NCBI GenBank assembly: GCA_039794085.1
Contig: JBDIWC010000085.1
Span: forward strand, 1 to 11,808
DNA length: 11,808 nt
Direction: 5' to 3'
From: Gemmatimonadales bacterium
Lineage (GTDB): Bacteria > Gemmatimonadota > Gemmatimonadetes > Gemmatimonadales > GWC2-71-9
Below the pieces are notes generated by a model that did not search any database, was not told where the DNA came from, and worked only from the letters and a program-made list of their open reading frames with translations. A program made the translations under genes and the position numbers. Positions within the stretch are counted from its first letter, which is position 1; every line of letters begins with the position of its first letter. Below are positions 1-6,815 of this stretch, in pieces.

Positions 1-315
1 GCACAAAAGGCACAAAACCTCTCCCCCCCCTGGTGGCAGAGGGGCGTGCCTCTTGTGACTTCTGTGCTTTTTGTGGCCATTCCCCTCGCCCGCCTGACCA
101 CCCGAATCCCCAGGGCGGGTCCCCGGAATCCGGGGCGTCCCCTCGCACCGTGCGCACAACGCCCGATCGACGTGTCTCTCACCCACGCGAAACCCTGAAG
201 AGCCCCAAGTAGGATGCCGTCACAGACGCCGTCAAACACACGGCCGGAGCGGGTTTCCGGGGGGCGCCAAAAATATTGTTGCCGTTTTGTGTTCAATCTT
301 GTCCGTAAGGGACTA
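1..315. mobile_element. Repeat-targeting non-coding element, copy 1 (left part outside window)
   Basis: Ends in AAATATTGTTGCCGTTTTGTGTTCAATCTTGTCCGTAAGGGACTA (271-315), matching 691-735 and 10331-10375. Has an internal hairpin at 1-76, and block 165-270 is homologous to 10222-10330. Confidence 0.7.
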
Positions 316-322
316 TTCCCCA

Positions 323-735
323 AGCCGGCCGAGCCGGAACCACAGAGGCGCGTCGGGGTCGCGTGGGTTCCCCGGGGCCTTCGCCCAGGGGAATGCCAAC
401 CGCTTGGCCACGGAGCAAGTTGACTCGGGTTCACCAGACGGGTCCATCCACTTCAGGGTTCGGCTCTTCCGGCTTCGGCATGGGTTCCTGTCCCTCCGGA
501 GCCCTCTCCCCGCCCCCAGAGCCAACCACAAGAAGCACAAAAGGCACAGAAACCTCTCTCGCCCCCTGGGGGCCCCGTGCGCCCCGAGGTTGTGCCTCTT
601 GTGACTTCTGTGCTTTTTGTGGCCATCCCCCTTGCACGGCGCGGCCGGGGCGATCCACGGGTCTGACGGGGGGGGGGCGGGCGTCGCCCAAAATATGGTT
701 GCCGTTTTGCGTTCAATCCTGTCCGTAAGGGACTA
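323..735. mobile_element. Repeat-targeting non-coding element, copy 2 (413 bp)
   Basis: Starts AGCCGGCCGAGCCGGAACCACAGAGGCGCGTCGGGGT and ends GTCCGTAAGGGACTA. Flanked by TTCCCCA (316-322) and CTCCCCA (736-742). Confidence 0.75.
526..622. repeat. Imperfect inverted repeat CCACAAGAAGCACAAAAGGCACA ... TGTGCCTCTTGTGACTTCTGTGCTTTTTGTGG
   Basis: Arms are complementary by eye. The same arms occur at 1-76 (left arm cut by the window edge) and 10108-10202, with divergent loops. Confidence 0.85.
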
Positions 736-756
736 CTCCCCACTCCCGACTCCCCG
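736..756. repeat. Heptamer tandem repeat CTCCCCA CTCCCGA CTCCCCG
   Basis: Read directly from the sequence. Confidence 0.8.
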
Positions 757-777
757 GAGGGCGGAAGGGAGAGGGGT

Positions 778-1425
778 TCAAGAGTGCCGCGACACCGCCG
801 CCATCGGCACTTCCATGCGGGTCCGTTCCACCTGGACATCGTGCACCCGGGACAGCGTGAGGAGACTCACCAGGCACCCGGACAGCGCGAGGAACATGTC
901 CCACTGCGTGTCCCACACGTCGCCCTGGGTGCCGAGAAACGCCTCGGCGGCGCTCCCCGTCATCATCGCCACCATCCATTCCATCAGCTCATAGCTCGCG
1001 CTGAAGGCCAGCACGAACGCAATCACCACCGGCGCCAGCCACCGCGAGTCATGGAGCGGCGAGCGGCGGAGAAGAATTTCGCGGATCACGAGGGCCGGAA
1101 CGAACCCCTGGGCAAAGTGGCCCAGCCGGTCGTAGTGGTTGCGCGCCAGGCCCAGCAGATCCTGCACCCAGAAACCCAGGGGGACCTCGGCGTAGGTGTA
1201 CTTCCCGCCGACCATCAGGATCACCGCATGCACCCCAAGAAGCGTGAGCACCAGCGGGGTGAACCGGAACCGGCTCCGGAGCAGCACGAGAACGGGGAGG
1301 CCGATCAGAACCGGAGCCACCTCGAGCACCCAGGTGAACCGGTCATGCGGCTCGAGCCCCGACCAGACCAGCACCGCGAGCACCACGACCACGATGCCCA
1401 CCTCGGCGGGCCGCACCGCAGTCAT
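778..1425 (-). CDS. DUF2238 / YjdF-like inner membrane protein
   Basis: Hydrophobic 215 aa with family motifs TWxLE, GGxYTYAEVPLG, RNHYDRLGHFAQG, FLGTQGDVWDTQWDM. ATG overlaps the rnz stop (ATGA) and GGAGG lies upstream. Confidence 0.92.
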   Translation of the reverse strand: MTAVRPAEVGIVVVVLAVLVWSGLEPHDRFTWVLEVAPVLIGLPVLVLLRSRFRFTPLVLTLLGVHAVILMVGGKYTYAEVPLGFWVQDLLGLARNHYDRLGHFAQGFVPALVIREILLRRSPLHDSRWLAPVVIAFVLAFSASYELMEWMVAMMTGSAAEAFLGTQGDVWDTQWDMFLALSGCLVSLLTLSRVHDVQVERTRMEVPMAAVSRHS

Positions 1426-2423
1426 GTCCCACCTCCCCTCTCCCGCCCTGACTCCCTGCTCCCCGGGGGGGCTGAAGGGGGAGGACCGGGGGGAGCACCG
1501 GGGGTGAGGGCATCCGGGAACGGTACATCCACAACCATCCCGTCCCGCGCGATCCGGGTGGATGGAAATACCGACTGTGCTTCGGCAAGAAGATCGGGCG
1601 CCTCCCGGGTGTACCGCGCCGAGATGTGGGTCAGCACCAGGTTCCGCACCCCGGCTTCCTGCGCCACCTGGGCCGCCTGCCGGGCGGTGGCGTGCCCCGT
1701 TTCGGCGGCGCGCGCCGTCTCGTCATCGCCGAAGGTGGCCTCATGAATCAGGAGCTCGGCGCCCCGGGCCACTTCGACCACGCCCGGAATCGGCCGGGTG
1801 TCCCCGGTGTAGACCACGGTACGGCCCGGCCGCGCGGGGCCCACGAGTTCGGCCGGCTCGATGCGCCGTCCATCGGCGAGCGTCACCGATTCTCCCTTGT
1901 GGATCTTCCCCCAGAGCGGCCCCTCGGGGATGCCGAGTTCGCGCGCGCGATCGGGATCGAACCGGCCGAGCCGGTCGTGCTCCACCAGCGCGTAGCCCAC
2001 CGTGTCGGCCCGGTGATCGGTGGGGAACACGGCGAGGTCATACTCCTTGCGCCGGATCCGGTCCCCCGGAGCCACCTCGATGATCTCCAGGGGGAACTTG
2101 GTTCGCTCCACTCCGACCGACAACAGCCCCCCCAGGATCCGCTTGGCCCCCCGGGGTCCATGGAGTGTCATCGGCTCCTGGCGGTCCTGGAGCCCCAGAG
2201 TTCGCACCAGCCCGACGATGCCGAGGATGTGGTCGGAGTGATAGTGGGTGAAGAACACCTCGCGGAAGGTGAATCCGGCTCCGTACCGCATCATCTGGCG
2301 CTGGGTGCCCTCGCCGCAGTCGAAGAGGAGCATCTCCCCTTCGCGGTGGATGGCGAGGGAGGAGACGTTGCGGTCCACCGTGGGGCAGGCGGCACCGGTG
2401 CCGAGAAAGGTGACGGTCAACAA
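1422..2423 (-). CDS. rnz: Ribonuclease Z (tRNase Z, metallo-beta-lactamase fold)
   Basis: Motifs FLGTG, LFDCGEGTQRQ, THYHSDH (HxHxDH), GIPEGP flexible arm, YTGDT, HEATF, LTHISARY. TTG start. Confidence 0.95.
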   Translation of the reverse strand: MLTVTFLGTGAACPTVDRNVSSLAIHREGEMLLFDCGEGTQRQMMRYGAGFTFREVFFTHYHSDHILGIVGLVRTLGLQDRQEPMTLHGPRGAKRILGGLLSVGVERTKFPLEIIEVAPGDRIRRKEYDLAVFPTDHRADTVGYALVEHDRLGRFDPDRARELGIPEGPLWGKIHKGESVTLADGRRIEPAELVGPARPGRTVVYTGDTRPIPGVVEVARGAELLIHEATFGDDETARAAETGHATARQAAQVAQEAGVRNLVLTHISARYTREAPDLLAEAQSVFPSTRIARDGMVVDVPFPDALTPGAPPGPPPSAPPGSRESGRERGGGT

Positions 2424-2427
2424 GGCC

Positions 2428-2455
2428 GGGAGTAGGGAGTAGGGGGTGGGGAGTA
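2428..2455. repeat. Heptamer tandem repeat (GGGAGTA)-type x4
   Basis: GGGAGTA GGGAGTA GGGGGTG GGGAGTA fills most of the mlaD-rnz gap. Confidence 0.9.
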
Positions 2456-2457
2456 GG

Positions 2458-3345
2458 TCAGAAAAGCTTCACCTGGACCGTGATCTTTCCCGGGTTCCGC
2501 GTCAGTTCATCGAGGAGTTTCCGGAGCGACCTGGTCGTCTCCGTCATCTCGACATACAGCGTCGTGTCGTTGGCCATTCGGCCCAGGGTTCCCTCCCCCG
2601 CGTTGGTCTTCGAGAGGAGGGTGTCGAGGCGGGCCGCGGTCCCGGTGAACCGGGTTGCCAGGTCGGCGAAGCGGGCGGTGGCCGAGTCGGCGTGGGCCAG
2701 GAACCGTTCGATGTCGGGATTGGCGAGGGTGGAGTCGAGCCGTCCGCTGAGCTGCTGGAGGGACCGCATGGTCGTCTGCATCTCGGCCGCAGGGCCCCGG
2801 GTGGTGTCGGAATAGGTGTTCATCATCCGCTGCATCGCTTTGAGCGTTTCGTGGAGATCGTCGGCCAGGCGCTTGCTGGCCAGCTCCTCGAACCCGCTCA
2901 GGACCACCTTCGCCTGTTCGCCGAGCTCGCCGCCCAGGGCCATGAGGCCCTTGTCCTGAGTGCCGATGATGATCTGATCCCGTGGGAGGGGCTCGGCGGC
3001 GGTTCCGGGGTTCAACTCGATCTGCATGTCCCCCACCAGTCCGATGCTGGTGAGCTTGGCGCTGGCGTCGGCCTTCGGGACAATACGGTCGGACAGGGAG
3101 ATTCCCACCAGCACCCGGCCGAACTCCTCGAAGGTGATGTTCTCGACCGCCCCCATGGTCACGCCGCTCACCTTCACCGGATTCCCGCGCTTCAAGGTCC
3201 CGGCATCGGTCACCTGGATGGTGACCCGGTCCCCACCCGATCGAAAGGAGCGGCCGCTGAGCCACATCGTTCCCGCGATGAACAGCGCCAGGGACACCAG
3301 CACGAGTGCGCCGACGCTGGCTTCCTGTCTGTAGTGGAGATCCAT
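2458..3345 (-). CDS. mlaD: MlaD/MCE family lipid ABC transporter substrate-binding protein
   Basis: N-terminal TM helix, MCE-like AGTLKRGNPVKVSGVTMGAV and GLVGDMQIELNPG, helical C-terminal region with GEGTLGRM. Lies downstream of mlaE/mlaF. Confidence 0.9.
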   Translation of the reverse strand: MDLHYRQEASVGALVLVSLALFIAGTMWLSGRSFRSGGDRVTIQVTDAGTLKRGNPVKVSGVTMGAVENITFEEFGRVLVGISLSDRIVPKADASAKLTSIGLVGDMQIELNPGTAAEPLPRDQIIIGTQDKGLMALGGELGEQAKVVLSGFEELASKRLADDLHETLKAMQRMMNTYSDTTRGPAAEMQTTMRSLQQLSGRLDSTLANPDIERFLAHADSATARFADLATRFTGTAARLDTLLSKTNAGEGTLGRMANDTTLYVEMTETTRSLRKLLDELTRNPGKITVQVKLF

Positions 3346-3357
3346 GGACGTGCTCCG

Positions 3358-4110
3358 TCAGGCGGCGTAGGAAGGGTTTTCGAAGTCGCGTTCCAGGAAC
3401 GCCCGGACCTTCGGATCGGTGGAGGCGTGAAAATCCTCCTGGGTGCCCTGGAGGATGATGCAGCCATCGGTCAGGAGGGCCAACCGGTTGGCCACCCGGA
3501 AGGCACCGCGCACATCGTGCGTCACCATCACGCTGGTGACGCCGAGTTCGTTGTCGAGCCGGATCACGAGATCGTCGATGATGTCGGCGTTGACCGGGTC
3601 GAGTCCGGAGGTGGGCTCGTCATAGAGCAGATATTTCGGGCTCCCCGCGATGGCCCGGGCGATCCCCACCCGTTTCCGCATCCCGCCCGACAGTTCGGCC
3701 GGGAGCTTCTTTCCCACATCGATGGCGAGATTGACCAGACCGAGGCACTGCTCGACCCGGGAGCGGCAGTAGGCGGCGTCCTTGTAGAGCGCCTCGTCGC
3801 TGATCCCCAGACGGACGTTCTCGTACACCGACATGGAGTCGAACAGGGCCCCGTTCTGGAACACATATCCGATCCGGCTCCGGAGCTTGGAGAGCTCCCG
3901 GCGCGACACGTGGCAGATGTCCACGTCGTCCACCAGGATGGTGCCCGCATCGGGCCGGATGAGTCCGATGATGTGTTTGAGGAGGACACTCTTTCCGGTG
4001 CCGCTGGGGCCCAGCAAGGCCACCGTTTCCCCCTCGGCCACGGTGAAATCGACTCCGTCGAGCACGACCAGCTCGCCGAACCTCTTGTGCACCCCGCGCA
4101 GCTCAATCAT
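3358..4110 (-). CDS. mlaF: MlaF-type ABC transporter ATP-binding protein (250 aa)
   Basis: Walker A GPSGTGKS, FQNGALFDSM, LSGGMRKRVGIARA, Walker B LLYDEP, H-loop VTHD. ATG at 4110 overlaps the permease stop (TGATG). Confidence 0.95.
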   Translation of the reverse strand: MIELRGVHKRFGELVVLDGVDFTVAEGETVALLGPSGTGKSVLLKHIIGLIRPDAGTILVDDVDICHVSRRELSKLRSRIGYVFQNGALFDSMSVYENVRLGISDEALYKDAAYCRSRVEQCLGLVNLAIDVGKKLPAELSGGMRKRVGIARAIAGSPKYLLYDEPTSGLDPVNADIIDDLVIRLDNELGVTSVMVTHDVRGAFRVANRLALLTDGCIILQGTQEDFHASTDPKVRAFLERDFENPSYAA

Positions 4111-4880
4111 CAGTTCAGCAGGATCTTGGCGAGGAGAGTGTCGAGCAGCAGAATGACCACGGAGCTGCTCACCACCGCCGCCGTGGTGGACTTGCCGACG
4201 CCCGCCGCGCCATGCTGGGTGTTGAATCCCATGTAGCAGGGGATGAGGGTGATCGCCCCGGCAAAGAAGAAGGCCTTGATGATCGAGTAGTACCCGTCGA
4301 AGGCGCGATAGAAGGCCTTGGCTCCGTAGGCAAAATCGGCATCGGTGATGGGAAGCACCTGCTTGACCGCAATCCACCCCGAGGCGACGCCCACCACGTC
4401 GGCGATGACCACGAGGGCCGGCACCATCACGAAGCCCGCCAGCACTCGCGGCAGGATCAGGTGCGACGAGGGTGACCGCCCCAGACTCTCCAGCGCATCG
4501 ATCTGCTCGGTGACCCGCATGGTGCCGAGCTCCGCGGCATACCGGGCCCCGATCCGCCCGGCCAGGATGAGGCCGGCCAGCACCGGACCCAACTCCAGGA
4601 TGATGGTGGAAACCACGAGAGTTCCCAGCACATAGAGCGGGAGATTGGTTTGCCACTGGTACCCCGACTGGAAGGCGGTCACCCCACCGGCAAAGGCCGC
4701 CGTAAGGACCACGATGAAGAGGCTCCCGATTCCAATGGCCCGGGCCTCGATCACGGTCCGAGGCAACCAGATCCGCCACTCGGGGAGCCCCCGGAACAGT
4801 TCGATCACCAGCGCGCTGAAGCGTCCCAGATGGGCGAGCGACTCCAGTACCAGGCGACCCAGAAAACGCAATAATCCCAT
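4110..4880 (-). CDS. mlaE: MlaE family ABC transporter permease
   Basis: Motifs ELGPVLAGLILAGRIG, AELGTMRVTEQIDALE, GVGKSTT. Start is 4880 (AAGGA 9 nt upstream) or 4889. Confidence 0.95.
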   Translation of the reverse strand: MGLLRFLGRLVLESLAHLGRFSALVIELFRGLPEWRIWLPRTVIEARAIGIGSLFIVVLTAAFAGGVTAFQSGYQWQTNLPLYVLGTLVVSTIILELGPVLAGLILAGRIGARYAAELGTMRVTEQIDALESLGRSPSSHLILPRVLAGFVMVPALVVIADVVGVASGWIAVKQVLPITDADFAYGAKAFYRAFDGYYSIIKAFFFAGAITLIPCYMGFNTQHGAAGVGKSTTAAVVSSSVVILLLDTLLAKILLN

Positions 4881-4919
4881 GCCGTCCATTCCTTGGGGTC
4901 GCGTGTATCTTGCCCTGCC

Positions 4920-5642
4920 ATGAGCCCCAAGTCCACCCCTTCACCCGATCGGCTGGTCCGGTTCCGACGGATCATCCTCCGCTGGTTCCGGCGCCACGGC
5001 CGCGACCTGCCCTGGCGACGGACCCGGGACCCCTGGGCCATCCTCGTCTCGGAAACGATGCTGCAGCAGACACCGGTTTCCCGGGTGACCGGCCATTACC
5101 AGCGGTTCCTTGACAGGTGTCCGACACTCCCGTCGCTCGCCGCCTCCCCACCGGCCCGGGTCCGGGAACTCTGGGACGGTCTCGGATACTACCGGCGCGC
5201 CGCGAATCTCCACGCCCTCGCCGTCCAGGTGGTGCGGGACCATCAGGGCACCCTCCCCACCGATCCGGTCCTCCTGCAGCAACTTCCCGGAATCGGACGC
5301 TACACGGCGGGTGCGGTGGCGAGCTTCGCCCACGAGCAGGCGGTCCCCGCCGTGGACACGAATGTGGCTCGGGTGATCCGGCGCGCCTTCCACCCCCGGA
5401 CCGGCCACGATGCCCGCGGGGTGGAACGGATCTGGGCCACCGCGGAAGCGCTCCTCCCCCGGGGGGGGACGGCGGCCTGGACCTTCAATCAGGGCATCAT
5501 GGAACTGGGCGCCCGGGTCTGTACCGCCCGCCGGACGCCCTGCGAATCCTGCCCGGTCCGGTCGGTGTGCAGCACCGGCCAGCGACGGCTCAGCGGAGCA
5601 GGGTCCCGCCGAGCAGCGCGAGAAGACCGAGAATGCCGGTGA
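4920..5642 (+). CDS. mutY: A/G-specific adenine DNA glycosylase, catalytic domain only (240 aa)
   Basis: Motifs RDLPWR, SETMLQQT, WDGLGYYRRA, HhH LPGIGRYTAGA, VDTNVARV and 4Fe-4S motif C-x6-C-x2-C-x5-C. ATG at 4920. Confidence 0.92.
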   Translation: MSPKSTPSPDRLVRFRRIILRWFRRHGRDLPWRRTRDPWAILVSETMLQQTPVSRVTGHYQRFLDRCPTLPSLAASPPARVRELWDGLGYYRRAANLHALAVQVVRDHQGTLPTDPVLLQQLPGIGRYTAGAVASFAHEQAVPAVDTNVARVIRRAFHPRTGHDARGVERIWATAEALLPRGGTAAWTFNQGIMELGARVCTARRTPCESCPVRSVCSTGQRRLSGAGSRRAAREDRECR

Positions 5643-6045
5643 TGAACCCGGTCACCCGCATCCGCTTCCGAAGACCATCGAAGACGACGGCATCCTGCAC
5701 CGGATCGAGACGGGCCACCTTGGAGGCGGTGGGCACGGAGACGACGAGTACCAGGAGGGCGGCGAGGATTCCCGTGGCCTGCATCATCATGAGGGCGTGG
5801 GGAAGTCCCCCGACACTCATCGCGGTGCCGTAGAGTCGCAGCGTGAGGATGAGGCCCGAGATCGTGGTCACGATGGCGCCGGGACCGATCAGGGCCCGGT
5901 AGATCGATGCGAGCAGTCGCGCGCCGGACGCGTACGACTCCCGCGATTCCCGCTTCATGGCGATGCCCACCGCCATTGCGGCGGCTGCGCCGCCGAGCCA
6001 CAGGGTGAACCCGAGGAGATGGGCGAAGAGCCAGAAGTGCCTCAT
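5590..6045 (-). CDS. Hypothetical integral membrane protein (~4 TM helices)
   Basis: Four hydrophobic segments and N-terminal FAHLLG..LWLGG. ATGA overlap with the upstream gene. Confidence 0.8.
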   Translation of the reverse strand: MRHFWLFAHLLGFTLWLGGAAAAMAVGIAMKRESRESYASGARLLASIYRALIGPGAIVTTISGLILTLRLYGTAMSVGGLPHALMMMQATGILAALLVLVVSVPTASKVARLDPVQDAVVFDGLRKRMRVTGFITGILGLLALLGGTLLR

Positions 6046-6464
6046 GACAGGACCTCACTGAAGGGTTGATCGATCGGTTGGCGGCCGCCGAAGCCGGCAT
6101 CCACCTCGTGCCAGTGGGTGATCCGCTCCTCGCCGGCGCACCAGCAGAGGAGCACCACCCGGTCGTCGCGGAGGGAGTGGAAGTCGACGGTGCCGGTGTC
6201 GAACCCCTTGAGCATGCACCCGATCATGTCCAGCTCTCGGAGACAGCCCGAGATGACCTCGGCCCGGGCCGCCACCTCCTCCCGCAGGCGGATGATCTCG
6301 GGTGGCTCTCCCCACTCCGCCCGGATACCACCCGCCGCCAGCTCGTACTGGCGCATCACCCGGCACCAATGGCCATACTCCTCCTGGATGTCGGCCACGA
6401 TGCGCCGCACCAGGGGAAGCGTGCGCTCGGCTTCGGCGCGCGTGAACAGACGGACCTGCCGCAT
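6042..6464 (-). CDS. DUF2203 family protein
   Basis: Motifs FTxxEAxxTLP, GxxLKGxDxGxVDF, LCWxxGExxITHWHxxDAGFxGRQPI. GGAGG lies upstream (6469-6473). Confidence 0.88.
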   Translation of the reverse strand: MRQVRLFTRAEAERTLPLVRRIVADIQEEYGHWCRVMRQYELAAGGIRAEWGEPPEIIRLREEVAARAEVISGCLRELDMIGCMLKGFDTGTVDFHSLRDDRVVLLCWCAGEERITHWHEVDAGFGGRQPIDQPFSEVLS

Positions 6465-6510
6465 CAGGCCTCCGTGGTCTCAGGGGATGAACCTCGGAAA
6501 AGATAGTAAC

Positions 6511-6552
6511 GTTTCAGTTTTCGGTGTTCAGGTTTCAGTGTTCAGTGCTCAT
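6511..6552. repeat. Heptamer tandem repeat (GTTTCAG/TGTTCAG)-type x6
   Basis: GTTTCAG TTTTCGG TGTTCAG GTTTCAG TGTTCAG TGCTCAT. Confidence 0.85.
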
Positions 6553-6560
6553 CGTGCGGA

Positions 6561-6721
6561 GTCATCCCGAGTGAAACGAGGGATCTGAGACCGCCGCGGG
6601 TGCACTTCCCGTCGTCGGGATCTGGATGCCAGTCACCCTGATGCACCTTCCGTCTTGTTCATTATTCATAGCCAACCAATACGCCTACCCAACAGATCCC
6701 TCGCTGCACGCTCGGGATGAC
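6561..6721. repeat. REP-like inverted repeat pair (GTCATCCCGAG...CGAGGGATCTG type)
   Basis: 6561-6587 GTCATCCCGAGTGAAACGAGGGATCTG versus the reverse complement of 6693-6721, GTCATCCCGAGCGTGCAGCGAGGGATCTG. Confidence 0.85.
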
Positions 6722-6750
6722 ACCCCGATGGCGGCACAGCTCCCGACTTC

Positions 6751-6776
6751 CTCCGCGCCTCCGCGTCTCCGCGTGA
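6751..6776. repeat. 8-bp tandem repeat (CTCCGCGY)3-GA
   Basis: A second copy lies at 10732-10757. Confidence 0.8.
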
Positions 6777-6780
6777 ATCT

Positions 6781-6815
6781 CTTCAAACTTCAAACTTCGA
6801 ACTTCACACTTCCCT
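6781..6815. repeat. Heptamer tandem repeat (CTTCAAA)-type x5
   Basis: CTTCAAA CTTCAAA CTTCGAA CTTCACA CTTCCCT, abutting the patatin stop codon. Confidence 0.85.

Noticed and set aside
668..677. G10 tract as a phase-variation switch
   Set aside because: It lies inside a non-coding repeat (G7 in copy 3) with no gene or promoter evidently under its control.
323..735. Classical MITE or integron attC cassette array
   Set aside because: There are no terminal inverted repeats, no RYYYAAC/GTTRRRY boxes and no integrase or cassette ORFs.
1..760. CRISPR array
   Set aside because: The repeats recur at ~420-540 bp spacing with homologous interiors rather than 30-40 bp unique spacers, and there are no cas genes.
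2446..4236. 596-aa plus-strand ORF
   Set aside because: Antisense shadow of mlaD/mlaF/mlaE, typical of high-GC DNA, with no recognisable motifs. The same applies to 784..1746, 1626..2435, 7001..7849, 8195..9007 and 9011..9943.
2458..4880. mlaE-F-D without mlaB/mlaC/mlaA as a novel system
   Set aside because: Three-gene MCE transporter operons are common outside Proteobacteria.
4111..4944. N-terminal extension making mlaF 528 aa
   Set aside because: It is an out-of-frame overlap with mlaE; the real start is the coupled ATG at 4110.
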